From Synechococcales cyanobacterium VAR_4_metabat_354 (GTDB lineage: Bacteria; Cyanobacteriota; Cyanobacteriia; Cyanobacteriales; Chamaesiphonaceae), in the NCBI GenBank assembly GCA_031414775.1, contig JANOQI010000016.1, positions 128,001 through 192,000 of the forward strand: 64,000 bases of DNA, written 5' to 3'. Below, piece by piece: positions 42,459 to 52,315 of the stretch. Numbering within the stretch: the stretch's first letter is position 1; the number at the start of each line of letters is the position of its first letter. Made by a program: the position numbers and the translations under genes. The notes under the pieces were generated by a model that had not been told where the DNA came from, searched no databases, and saw only the letters and a list, made by a program, of their open reading frames with translations.

Positions 42459-43400
42459 TTAACAGTTCGATCGATACCATTCGATCGTCTGCTCTAGACC
42501 TGCTCGCAAGGTAGTCGTAGCCTGGAAGCCGAAGTATTCTTTAGCCTTTTGGGTATCCAAACACCGTCGCGGTTGGCCGTTGGGTTTATCAGTTTCCCAG
42601 ACAATTTCGCCTTTGAATTCCATCAACTCACAGATTAATTCAATTAAATCTTTAATGGTGATTTCAAAGTTGGTGCCCAAGTTTACCGGATCTGGGGAGT
42701 CGAACTTGGTGGTTGCCAATACGATTCCCCGTGCCGCATCCGCCGCATAGATAAATTCTCGACTAGGGCTACCATCGCCCCACACCAGCAGGGTAGAATC
42801 ATGGCGTTGCTGGGCTTCATGAACTTTCCGAATCAACGCCGGAATCACATGGGAGCTACTGGTATCAAAGTTATCAGCCGGTCCGTAGAGATTAACAGGT
42901 AAAACATAAATGCCGTTGAATCCGTATTGCTGGCGATAAGCTTGTAGTTGTACTAACAAGGCTTTTTTGGCAATACCGTAGGGGGCGTTAGTTTCTTCTG
43001 GGTAACCATTCCAAAGATCTTCTTCCTTGAAGGGCACCGGCGTAAACTTGGGATAGGCGCAAATGGTGCCAACGCAGACAAATTTTTCGATTTGGGCTTG
43101 ATAAGCCGCATGGATCAACTGGGTACCCATCATCAAGTTGTCGTAGAACAGCTCAGCAGGCTTTTGCTGATTCAGGCCAATCCCACCGACATGGGCAGCT
43201 AGGTGAATAATAATATCTTGGTTCTTGACTACTTCTTGGCAGTTGGCCATCACACACAAATCATAGTCTTTAGAGCGCGGAATAGTAATTCGATCGGTGC
43301 TAGCACCAGCCTCTATCAATTGGGCGACTACTTGCTGACCAAGGAAACCCGCACCACCAGTGACTAAGATTTTTTTGTTACTGAGTTCTAGAGTAGTCAT
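42459..43400 (-). CDS. fcl: GDP-L-fucose synthase
   Basis: TGGAGFLG, HLAAHVGGIG, GTICAYPK, APYGIAKK, NLYGP.DNF, SSHVIPALIRK, WGDGSPSREF. Confidence 0.9.
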   Translation of the reverse strand: MTTLELSNKKILVTGGAGFLGQQVVAQLIEAGASTDRITIPRSKDYDLCVMANCQEVVKNQDIIIHLAAHVGGIGLNQQKPAELFYDNLMMGTQLIHAAYQAQIEKFVCVGTICAYPKFTPVPFKEEDLWNGYPEETNAPYGIAKKALLVQLQAYRQQYGFNGIYVLPVNLYGPADNFDTSSSHVIPALIRKVHEAQQRHDSTLLVWGDGSPSREFIYAADAARGIVLATTKFDSPDPVNLGTNFEITIKDLIELICELMEFKGEIVWETDKPNGQPRRCLDTQKAKEYFGFQATTTLRAGLEQTIEWYRSNC

Positions 43401-43926
43401 AAGAATTTAGATTCTGATCGAGATATATCATCATCTGTTATCGTATCTGAGTTTGGATATCGGTTATCACAGAGATGTCTTTTTTTCGCAGGAGCTATGA
43501 GATGAGAGGATTTTAAAACTTATTCTGAGTGCCAACCTTTTATGATCTGTCCATAATGGCTGAGTTTTTGCATTTTTGTGATAAGAAGTGATCCAGTTCC
43601 TGAAAATAAGCGGATGTCAGTGCTTAAAATAGAATAGTTAAGATAGACCATAAACCAAAATTATTATCATTGAGTCTATTGTGCAATTTGCGACATCGAA
43701 ATGCTCAGCGACGATTAGGTTTGATCAGCCATTCACCTAACGTACATGTGACGGATATCAAAATCATCGCCATGGAGTCAAAATAGTTTACCGCAGAGGT
43801 TTTGCATGATGATTAAATTAATATGCAATCATTATTAATCTAATATGAAAGTATTTTACGATTAATATTTATTGAATCTAAATAAATTAAATAAATAAAT
43901 TTATATATATAAACTCCAGCTTTTGC

Positions 43927-45912
43927 ATGAAAAATTTAGCTACTGACTTATATAAAAGCAATGAGTCCATCTCTAGTCGCCAAAAGCGCTGGCTGCTAGT
44001 TATTATCGATATCTTGCTCTTGCACCTGTCGATCGTTATTGCTCTTTGCTTAGGCTACCGCTATTTTCAATTAGGTTTAGAGAAGTTTGCCGATGTTTAT
44101 TGGCCATATATCTTCTTTTTTATCTGCTTGAAGATTAGTCTATTTCATTTTCTGGGTATCTATCGGCCAATTCTGCGCTTCACTGGCATCGAGTTTATCA
44201 GCAATATCAGTCGGGTTACTATCTACGCTTGCATTATTCAAGTTGTCATTTCTTTCAGTCTCAATTACTGGCCGCTACCCAAAAGTGTCCTGATTATTGA
44301 TATTCTATCAACTCTCTTTTTGGCGATCGCTGTTCGTCTGGCGATCAGCTCTTTTTTAGCTTCAGGCAATTTGGCTGGGCGCAATCCGAACCCTAATCGT
44401 CCCCACGAACGTCTGCTAATTTACGGCGCTGGTATTTCGGGTAGTCAACTGGTAGATGCTCTGAAACAAGAGCCGGGTTATCAGATTGTTGCTTTCATTG
44501 ATGACAGTGAGGTATTGCAAAACCGCACAATTAGAAATTATCGGATTTATCCCTCTGAACAAATATCTAAAATAATTAGTAAAGAAAAAATCGACACAAT
44601 GATTTTGGCCATGCCGTCGATTAGCAAGTCACGGCGGCGTGAAATTATTGAGCAACTAGAAAAGCTGCCGATCGCCATTAAAACAATCCCTTCTTATAAC
44701 GAGATTCTTACCAATAAGGTATCAATTAACGAAATTCGGCGGGTAGACGTGGCCGATTTACTCGGTCGGGAAGAAGTACTGCCAGAGCCAGCACTGCTGA
44801 GTCGCAACGTTATTAACAAATCGGTTTTAGTGACCGGAGCTGGTGGTTCGATCGGATCTGAACTATGCCGCCAAATTGCCAATCTGGAACCAGCTTGCTT
44901 AATTCTTTATGAGTTGAATGAGTTCGCGTTGTATTCGATCGATATGGAACTCAGCAAGACCTACCCGCAGGTCACTCGCCATGCTTATCTAGGCAATGTT
45001 AATGATGCCCAGCACCTAACTCAGGTGCTCCGCTCCCACCAGGTTCAAACGGTGTATCATGCTGCTGCTTACAAGCATGTCCCACTGGTAGAGGCCAACC
45101 CCTCGCAAGGGATTTTCAACAATGTCCAAGGTACGATGATTTCGGCCAAGTCGGCCATGGCGGCTCAAGTTGCTAATTTTGTGCTGATTTCTACTGACAA
45201 AGCTGTCCGTCCTACCAATGTGATGGGTGCTAGCAAGCGGATAGCGGAATTGGTGATTCAAGCTCTCGCCGATCGACCGAACTGTCCCACTTGTTTCGGC
45301 ATTGTCCGTTTTGGTAATGTCCTCGATAGCAGTGGTTCTGTTGTGCCGCATTTCCGCAAACAAATAGCCGAGGGTAAACCCATCACCGTTACCCATCCAG
45401 AAGTAACTCGCTACTTCATGTCTATTCCGGAGGCTGTCCGGTTGGTGATGCAGGCCGGAGCGATGGCCACCGGTGGAGACGTATTTGTCCTAGAAATGGG
45501 TGAACCAGTCCGAATTTTTGACTTAGCTGAACAAATGATTAGGCTAAGTGGACTAACTCCTGGTAAAGACATTGAAATCAATATCACCGGCTTACGACCA
45601 GGCGAAAAACTTTTTGAAGAACTACTCATCAATGGGGACAATATTCGACCCACTAAACACCCCAAGATTTTCTCTGCTTTTGAGCAAAAGTTCATTTGGG
45701 AACAGCTCCAACCAATGTTGACAGAGCTATTTGAGTTAGCCAAATGTCATGACACACCTCGTCTTATTCAACAACTGCAAATACTGGTGCCTGAATACAA
45801 GCCAGACCCGAAACTGCTAATGATCACGAATCGCATGATGGCAACTCCCTTACCAGCAGGCAACTTGACTGGTGAAAGCGATAACCAACAAGCTCTCAGC
45901 AGTTCTGTTTAA
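43927..45912 (+). CDS. Polysaccharide biosynthesis nucleoside-diphosphate-sugar dehydratase (CapD/PglF family)
   Basis: 4 N-terminal TMs, TGAGGSIGSELCRQI, HAAAYKHVP, ISTDKAVRPTNVMGASKR, VRFGNVL, GLRPGEKL. Confidence 0.93.
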   Translation: MKNLATDLYKSNESISSRQKRWLLVIIDILLLHLSIVIALCLGYRYFQLGLEKFADVYWPYIFFFICLKISLFHFLGIYRPILRFTGIEFISNISRVTIYACIIQVVISFSLNYWPLPKSVLIIDILSTLFLAIAVRLAISSFLASGNLAGRNPNPNRPHERLLIYGAGISGSQLVDALKQEPGYQIVAFIDDSEVLQNRTIRNYRIYPSEQISKIISKEKIDTMILAMPSISKSRRREIIEQLEKLPIAIKTIPSYNEILTNKVSINEIRRVDVADLLGREEVLPEPALLSRNVINKSVLVTGAGGSIGSELCRQIANLEPACLILYELNEFALYSIDMELSKTYPQVTRHAYLGNVNDAQHLTQVLRSHQVQTVYHAAAYKHVPLVEANPSQGIFNNVQGTMISAKSAMAAQVANFVLISTDKAVRPTNVMGASKRIAELVIQALADRPNCPTCFGIVRFGNVLDSSGSVVPHFRKQIAEGKPITVTHPEVTRYFMSIPEAVRLVMQAGAMATGGDVFVLEMGEPVRIFDLAEQMIRLSGLTPGKDIEINITGLRPGEKLFEELLINGDNIRPTKHPKIFSAFEQKFIWEQLQPMLTELFELAKCHDTPRLIQQLQILVPEYKPDPKLLMITNRMMATPLPAGNLTGESDNQQALSSSV

Positions 45913-46029
45913 CAAATTCACTAACTTTTTCTGGATTTTCAACATTTTAACAGTGCGTAACCATAGACTTTAGTCATCAGTCCAGCTATAATCAGGAGTT
46001 TGGTCAAGAAACAGTTTTAAGGAAATATT

Positions 46030-46638
46030 ATGTCCCGATATAGAGGACCCAGACTCAGGATTGTACGGCGGTTAGGAGACTTGCCTGGGTTAACAAGGAA
46101 AAGTCCCCGCCGTGCCTACCCCCCTGGGCAACATGGGCAAAATCGCAAAAAGCCATCGGAATATGCCATCCGCTTAGAAGAGAAGCAGAAACTGCGTCTC
46201 AACTATGGTGTTACCGAAAAACAAATGCTGCGCTACGTCCGCAAGGCTAGACGCGCATCCGGTTCTACTGGATTGGTAATGTTGCAGATTTTGGAAATGC
46301 GCTTAGATAACACCGTATTTCGGATGGGGATGGCTCCCACCATTCCGGCTGCTCGTCAGCTAGTGAATCATGGTCACATTACAATCAATGGCAAAGTCGT
46401 AGACATTGCTAGTTACCAGTGCCGTCCCGGCGAAGTAATTACAGTTCGCGATCGTGCTGCTTCCAAGCAATTGGTCGAAGCCAATCTGCAATACCCCGGT
46501 CTGGCCAACTTGCCTAACCATTTAGAGTTTGATAAAAAGACTCTTACTGGCAAAGTAAATGGTGTAATTGAGCGGGAATGGATTGCCCTCCAAGTCAATG
46601 AATTGCTAATTGTTGAGTACTACTCACGTCAAGCTTAA
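46030..46638 (+). CDS. rpsD: 30S ribosomal protein S4
   Basis: [40 protein letters not shown]. Confidence 0.98.
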   Translation: MSRYRGPRLRIVRRLGDLPGLTRKSPRRAYPPGQHGQNRKKPSEYAIRLEEKQKLRLNYGVTEKQMLRYVRKARRASGSTGLVMLQILEMRLDNTVFRMGMAPTIPAARQLVNHGHITINGKVVDIASYQCRPGEVITVRDRAASKQLVEANLQYPGLANLPNHLEFDKKTLTGKVNGVIEREWIALQVNELLIVEYYSRQA

Positions 46639-46727
46639 TTCTCCCCAAAACAGAAAATTAAAGACTGAAAACTATTATGGTTGGAAGTTTTTAATTTTTT
46701 GTTTTTACATAGATTTTTGATCTCTCA

Positions 46728-47552
46728 ATGCAAACCGCTGAGTTTCCAGTGTCCAAATCCACCGACCAACCACTAATTATTGCGGGTAAAAGCTTTAACT
46801 CCCGGCTGCTAACTGGCACGGGTAAATATCGGAGTATTGCCGACTTGCAGGCCAGCATTATTGCTAGTAATTGCGACATGGTGACAGTGGCAGTGCGGCG
46901 CGTGCAGACCAAAGCGCCCGGCCATGAAAGCTTAGTAGAAGCGATCGACTGGCAAAGAATCTGGATGCTACCGAATACTGCTGGTTGTCAAACCGCTGAG
47001 GATGCAGTGCGGGTGGCGCGGCTGGGACGAGAGATGGCCAAGTTGCTCGGCCAAGAAGATAATAACTTTGTCAAACTAGAAGTCATTCCCGAAGGTAAAT
47101 ATCTGCTGCCCGATCCGATCGGCACCCTAGAAGCAGCCACCCAGTTAGTGAAAGAAGGCTTTGCGGTTTTACCTTATATCAATGCTGATCCGCTTTTAGC
47201 CAAACGCTTAGAAGAAGTAGGCTGCGCCACCGTGATGCCGTTGGGTTCGCCGATCGGCTCCGGGCAAGGGATCCAAAACACTGCTAATATTCAAATTATT
47301 ATCGAGAATGCTGGCGTGCCAGTGGTGGTCGATGCCGGGATTGGCACGCCCAGCGAAGCTGCACAGGCGATGGAGATGGGAGCAGATGCAGTTTTAATTA
47401 ATACAGCGATTGCTCAGGCTCAAGATGCCCCAGCGATGGCCAGGGCCATGGCTTTAGCAACTGAGGCGGGACGATTGGCTTATTTGGCGGGGCGGATTCC
47501 GGTGCGATCGATCGCTAGCCCCAGTTCACCCATCACTGGCACAATTGTCTAG
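46728..47552 (+). CDS. thiG: Thiazole synthase
   Basis: [44 protein letters not shown]. Confidence 0.96.
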   Translation: MQTAEFPVSKSTDQPLIIAGKSFNSRLLTGTGKYRSIADLQASIIASNCDMVTVAVRRVQTKAPGHESLVEAIDWQRIWMLPNTAGCQTAEDAVRVARLGREMAKLLGQEDNNFVKLEVIPEGKYLLPDPIGTLEAATQLVKEGFAVLPYINADPLLAKRLEEVGCATVMPLGSPIGSGQGIQNTANIQIIIENAGVPVVVDAGIGTPSEAAQAMEMGADAVLINTAIAQAQDAPAMARAMALATEAGRLAYLAGRIPVRSIASPSSPITGTIV

Positions 47553-47567
47553 ATTTTTTAGACTTAC

Positions 47568-47690
47568 TTACATGGGAGCGGGCATGGACATGTCTGCTGG
47601 TAAAAAGATTCGGGAGCTGACGGCGACGAGGGCAAACAAGAAAACCAATAAGATAATGGCTGGAAAAACGTTTTGTCTAATAAATTGCAT
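47568..47690 (-). CDS. 40-aa single-TM small protein (below ORF-track cutoff)
   Basis: MQFIRQNVFPAIILLVFLFALVAVSSRIFLPADMSMPAPM*, translated by hand; resembles a cyanobacterial small-protein motif (VAVSxRIFLPxDM..PAP) as I recall it. Confidence 0.7.
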   Translation of the reverse strand: MQFIRQNVFPAIILLVFLFALVAVSSRIFLPADMSMPAPM

Positions 47691-47873
47691 AATTAATCAA
47701 AGTCGCGAGCGATCGGATGTGATGGGAAGACCTAAATAGAAATTATATCCGATCGCACTTTCGAGGATGATGATTACTGGCGATGTTGTCGCTGCAGTTT
47801 TTGTGGTAACTGAGCTGCAAGATTACCAGTTCTGGCCAGCGGTAGATCAGACGTAAAAACAAAATATCTTAAA

Positions 47874-48587
47874 TTAACCACCCAAAGTTTTCATAAATCT
47901 CTTTAAACCACTGAAAATCCCCGCCGCCGTCGCCGGAGCCGACTCCTCATCCCCCATCAAGATCCTGTCCAACTCATCCCCCAACGGCTTATACGGCAAC
48001 TCCGCAATCACTTGATACTCCCCATCTTGCATCCGCCACACCTGCCACTGCCCCGGAAAACAACGATAAATTGCTACCTCATCCGACAGCGGCTTAATAT
48101 AATATGCCGTCGTCAGAGTCTTAATAAACCTGTCCCGCAACTGCCGCGCCGCGTACCCAATCCCCACAATCGCCGCATCTTCCAACCTCGGCAATAGCAA
48201 AATCACCGGCCGATCTGCCGCCACCCCGCACAGCTTTTCAATCTGCTCCACCTCCACCGCCGAAGGCTCCACCGCCACATAGATCCGATCCTCCGGCTGA
48301 ATCTTATCCACCACCGGACTGCGGCTACTGCCCATATCACTAATCTGAAACCCCGCCTCTGGCCAATCCCGCCGCGCCAAAGCCGCCGCCCCTGTATCTG
48401 AAAATAACACCCGTAGCGTCGCTCCGTATTCTTCCGCTAGAACCGGCAGAAACTGCTGAGCTACCCCCATACTCCGCAACTCCGGATAGATAATCTCCAC
48501 TGTAATCTTGGCATGACCAGCCGCAATCGCCGCCTGGGTGGCTACTTTGGCCTGTTCGATCGCTTCTTCAATACTTTGGGGCAGCAT
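47874..48587 (-). CDS. DUF1995 family protein
   Basis: MLPQSIEEAIEQAK.AT.AA, FSDTGAAALARRDW, PRLED.AIVGIGYAARQLRDRF. Confidence 0.78.
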   Translation of the reverse strand: MLPQSIEEAIEQAKVATQAAIAAGHAKITVEIIYPELRSMGVAQQFLPVLAEEYGATLRVLFSDTGAAALARRDWPEAGFQISDMGSSRSPVVDKIQPEDRIYVAVEPSAVEVEQIEKLCGVAADRPVILLLPRLEDAAIVGIGYAARQLRDRFIKTLTTAYYIKPLSDEVAIYRCFPGQWQVWRMQDGEYQVIAELPYKPLGDELDRILMGDEESAPATAAGIFSGLKRFMKTLGG

Positions 48588-48637
48588 AGTAAAAAATTCA
48601 AGGGGGATAGTGAAAATTCTAATCCCCCAGCGGTGCA

Positions 48638-49306
48638 TTACACCACGAACTCTTGATAAAGATCTTTGCTATAGACCATGTTTTTATCAAACGCCGATAG
48701 CACCTGGTTTTGGGCATTGTCTGATGTCAAACACTGACAAACAAGGCTGGCCACGTCCGATCGACAGATACTACCCGCCACATGCGTGTCCAACGTCAAC
48801 ACCCCATTCCCAGTGGCTGGCTCCGATTTCAAACCACCGGGCCGGACGATCGTGTAATTCAAACCACTCTCGATCAAGTATTGCTCGGCTTTTTCTTTAT
48901 CGGCTAGCACCGCTGCCAACGACTCATAAGCCGCTGCTGGAATCGCATCTTTAGTGGCACCAGCGCCCAATGAAGAAACCAGAATAAACCGACCCACGTC
49001 GCTTTTCACCGCCGCATCAATTAATTGCTTATTCCCCAAGAAATCCGCCCGTTGACCATCTTGCGGCATTCCTCCAATCGTACTGATAATTGCACTAATT
49101 TGACCAGTCATGGCACTAGTTACATCGGCCACGTTCAGAGCATCACCCACCACGGTCTCCACGTTCAGTGCTTGCAGATCGGGCTGAGAGGCCGGAGACC
49201 TAACTAGTGCCAGCACCGGCAAATTTTGCGTAGAAAGAATCCGGGCTACTTGATTGCCGACGCCCCGGCTAGCACCAGCGAGAAAAATTGAGCCAGAAGT
49301 TATCAT
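48638..49306 (-). CDS. Atypical SDR / NAD(P)H-binding oxidoreductase
   Basis: LAGASRGVG, RFILVSSLG, KEKAEQYLIESGLNYTIVRPGGL. Confidence 0.85.
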   Translation of the reverse strand: MITSGSIFLAGASRGVGNQVARILSTQNLPVLALVRSPASQPDLQALNVETVVGDALNVADVTSAMTGQISAIISTIGGMPQDGQRADFLGNKQLIDAAVKSDVGRFILVSSLGAGATKDAIPAAAYESLAAVLADKEKAEQYLIESGLNYTIVRPGGLKSEPATGNGVLTLDTHVAGSICRSDVASLVCQCLTSDNAQNQVLSAFDKNMVYSKDLYQEFVV

Positions 49307-49633
49307 AGTTATGGGTGAATAGAAAGTGGCAGTATTTTTAGAAACGCAATAGTAGTTGAGTAATTAACTACTTGAGTAAAGGAGATTGATAACTACTTCC
49401 CGTTTCATCGTAGAACCTGAAACCTGACGACAACTAAAGATTAAGATGTAGCCAAACCCACCACACAGACTGAATGGATTGGAACCAGTGGAAAATGGCT
49501 ACAGACAGACTTAACTTGTTAGGTATTAAATATCTGATTGTCCAACTTTAATTGATAGGTGGCAAGTTTACTATAAATTTCATATAAAACATCTATAGTA
49601 AACCTTTGCTGTTGCTATAAAACTATTGACTCC

Positions 49634-49867
49634 CTAAACAGCAGATGCGTAGGCATCACATAAGTGCTGAAACTCTTGATCATCGACTGTTTTGGTAGTG
49701 TGGTCTTGAATAGTTTTTGTCATCCCATATCCAACTGCTGAATCAGTCGAAATGAGCCGTGCAACTGCCTGACCGTCTCTTTCGATCGTAACTTCTCCGC
49801 CTTTATGAACTCTGTCGAGTAAGGCAATTAAACTAGTGTTGGCAACTTTAACAATAGTGCTTGGCAT
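49634..49867 (-). CDS. Phd/YefM-type antitoxin-like protein (orphan)
   Basis: ANTSLIALLDRVHKGGEVTIERDGQAVARLI fits the Phd pattern (AK..LS.LL..V..GEEV.ITR.G.PVARL). Confidence 0.65.
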   Translation of the reverse strand: MPSTIVKVANTSLIALLDRVHKGGEVTIERDGQAVARLISTDSAVGYGMTKTIQDHTTKTVDDQEFQHLCDAYASAV

Positions 49868-49993
49868 AATTTTTAATCTCTAAACTCGTTGCCCACATTC
49901 TAGCGGCCTAAGTGCAAATTGACTACCCACCGCAAAATAAAACTACTTAAAGGTATGTAGCTGGAACTGAGCATGACTACCAGGCCGCACAGC

Positions 49994-51739
49994 CTAAGTT
50001 AACATTTCTTCTAGTTGATTTTGACTCCACAGCCACTGGTATAAGCCCTTTTGAGCGATCAGCTCTGCATGAGTGCCAACCTGGACGATCGATCCTTTAT
50101 CCATCACTAAAATTCGATCGGCCATCGCGGCTGCGGACAACTGATGAGATATAAAAACAACTGTTTTACGTTGAGTTTCCTCTGCTAAGTTTTGCAAAAT
50201 TGTCGTGGCGGTTTGGTTGTCCACACTCGAGAGCGCATCATCTAAAATTAGGATTGGTGCATCCACCAGTAGTGCTCTGGCGATCGAAGTCCGTTGGCGT
50301 TGGCCGCCAGATAGGGTGATGCCCCGCTCCCCGACCAAGGTGTCGTATTGTTGGGGAAAATTAGTAACCTCACTATGCATCTGTCCCTGTCGAGCGGCGA
50401 TCTGCACTTGTCCTAGATCAGCTGCCGGACTACCGTAGCGAATATTGTTAGCGACTGTAGTGCTGAACAAAAAACTCTCCTGCGGCACGTAAGTAATTAG
50501 TCCGCGCAAGCTAGCTAGGGTTAGCTTTGTCACATCATAGCCATCCACGAATAGCTGACCGGGAGCGACTTTTAGGAGCCGAGGAATGGCATTCGCCAAT
50601 GTCGATTTGCCCGATCCGATCGGACCCACAATCGCAATTCTTTCCCCCGGCTGAATCTTAAAACTTACATCCTGGAGGGCGGGACTGCTGGCACCAGGAT
50701 AAGTAAAAGATAGATGACGAGCTTCCACCCCACCCCGCCATTCATAGGCTGGTGCGATCGAGTCTGGAGCATCAGCAATTTGCGGCTGGGCAGACATAAT
50801 TTCTTCTACTCGCTCAATACTGACTTCCCCCCGTTGAAAGGCCGTAATAGTAAAACCTAGTAGAGCAGTAGGGAAAATTAGATTTTGGGCATAGATAATC
50901 AAAGCCAAAAAGTTGCCCACCGTAATTTCTTGGCTGGCGATCGCCTGACCGCCTTGCCATAACAAAACTAGCAAGCTAATCGAAGCCAGACCTTGAATGA
51001 TAGGGAATACAGTATTGCGCGATTCGGCGAGCTTCAAATTAGCAGTGAATACTGCTTTGTTTTTTTCGGCAAAAGCCTGCCGCTCAGTTTCCTCTTGGGC
51101 GTAGATTTTGATCAGAGTAATCCCGCTCATATCCTCCTGAATCAACTCGCTTAAATCCGATAGCTTTTCCTGGACAATCACTTGCTCCTGACGCAAACGT
51201 CCACTAAAAATCTGGACAGTCAGCAACATTACTGGATAGATCGCCAAGGCCAGCAAAGTCAGCCGCACATTAATAGTCAGCATGGCTGGCAGCGTAAAAG
51301 CATAGGCAAAAATAATGTTGAAAATACTGAGCAGCGAAAATCCCATCAGCCGCATAATATTTTCCACATCACTAGTTGATCTGTTGATTAAGTCACCAAC
51401 AGTAGTGGTGGAAAAGTAGGCCACATCCATTTTTAGTAAGTGATCAAAAATCTGTTGTTTTAGATCGGCTTGTACCCTTCGACCCACGCCAAAGATTAGT
51501 AGCCGCGAGGTCATTCTAGCTACCCAGGCGATGGAAGCCAAGAAGATCACCAGCATCGCTAAATGAGTGATTTCGGTGTAGCTAAAGTTGATACGCAATC
51601 GATCGATCCCATCACGGATCAGTAAAGGGATATAAACACTCAGGAGATTAACGACTAGCAGTGCTCCGATGCCCTGCCATACAGCTGGCAAATAGGGTTG
51701 GGCGTAAGCAAAAAGTTTTTGGAGCCGAGGATTAGCCAT
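49994..51739 (-). CDS. ABC transporter ATP-binding/permease protein (MdlA-like)
   Basis: TM domain, GPIGSGKST, VGERGITLSGGQRQR, ILILDDALSSVD; start ATG 51739. Confidence 0.92.
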   Translation of the reverse strand: MANPRLQKLFAYAQPYLPAVWQGIGALLVVNLLSVYIPLLIRDGIDRLRINFSYTEITHLAMLVIFLASIAWVARMTSRLLIFGVGRRVQADLKQQIFDHLLKMDVAYFSTTTVGDLINRSTSDVENIMRLMGFSLLSIFNIIFAYAFTLPAMLTINVRLTLLALAIYPVMLLTVQIFSGRLRQEQVIVQEKLSDLSELIQEDMSGITLIKIYAQEETERQAFAEKNKAVFTANLKLAESRNTVFPIIQGLASISLLVLLWQGGQAIASQEITVGNFLALIIYAQNLIFPTALLGFTITAFQRGEVSIERVEEIMSAQPQIADAPDSIAPAYEWRGGVEARHLSFTYPGASSPALQDVSFKIQPGERIAIVGPIGSGKSTLANAIPRLLKVAPGQLFVDGYDVTKLTLASLRGLITYVPQESFLFSTTVANNIRYGSPAADLGQVQIAARQGQMHSEVTNFPQQYDTLVGERGITLSGGQRQRTSIARALLVDAPILILDDALSSVDNQTATTILQNLAEETQRKTVVFISHQLSAAAMADRILVMDKGSIVQVGTHAELIAQKGLYQWLWSQNQLEEMLT

Positions 51740-51836
51740 CGAAAAGTTTAGAACCAAGTAGATCTCTGACCATCGTAACAAACCATGTTATTATTGGAAT
51801 TCTGGCATTTGGGTTTCAAGACATTCCCCTAGGATT

Positions 51837-52295
51837 ATGGCAAAGCGTACAAAATTAGTTCTCAGTAAAGAAGTTCGGAAGCTGGGCAAGCTCGGTGACG
51901 TAGTAGAAGTCGCCCCTGGCTATGCTCGTAACTACCTGGTGCCTCAAGGCATCGGCCTTCCAGTGACTCCTGGTATTTTACGGCAGGTCGCCAAGAAAAA
52001 AGAAATTGAATTGCAGCGGTTAGCGGAGCTGAAGATTGAAGCTGATCAGCAAAAAGCATCGATCGATAAGGCTGGTGCATTGCAAATCAGCAAAAAGGTC
52101 GGTGAAAACGATGCCATCTTTGGTACTGTCACCACTGCTGAAATTGCGGAAGCAATCAAGTCCTTGTCTAGCGTGGAAGTAGACAAACGGGATATCAGTA
52201 TTCCTGATGTTGATCAACTGGGTAGCTACAGCGCCGAAGTAAAACTGCACCCCGAGGTAATCGTAACTGTTGAATTCAACGTGGTTGCTGAATAG
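51837..52295 (+). CDS. rplI: 50S ribosomal protein L9
   Basis: LGKLGDVVEVAPGYARNYL, IFGTVT, VKLHPEV. Confidence 0.96.
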   Translation: MAKRTKLVLSKEVRKLGKLGDVVEVAPGYARNYLVPQGIGLPVTPGILRQVAKKKEIELQRLAELKIEADQQKASIDKAGALQISKKVGENDAIFGTVTTAEIAEAIKSLSSVEVDKRDISIPDVDQLGSYSAEVKLHPEVIVTVEFNVVAE

Positions 52296-52315
52296 TTTTA
52301 GCCATCTTTTAACAA

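Noticed and set aside
43400..43927. Long intergenic region between fcl and capD-like genes as possible ncRNA or mobile remnant
   Set aside because: AT-rich divergent promoter region; no clear stems, terminal repeats or ORFs seen.
46638..46728. TPP riboswitch upstream of thiG
   Set aside because: Only 90 bp, AT-rich, and no CTGAGA / TPP core seen.
47545..47739. 64-aa + strand ORF after thiG
   Set aside because: Antisense to the more convincing 40-aa TM ORF.
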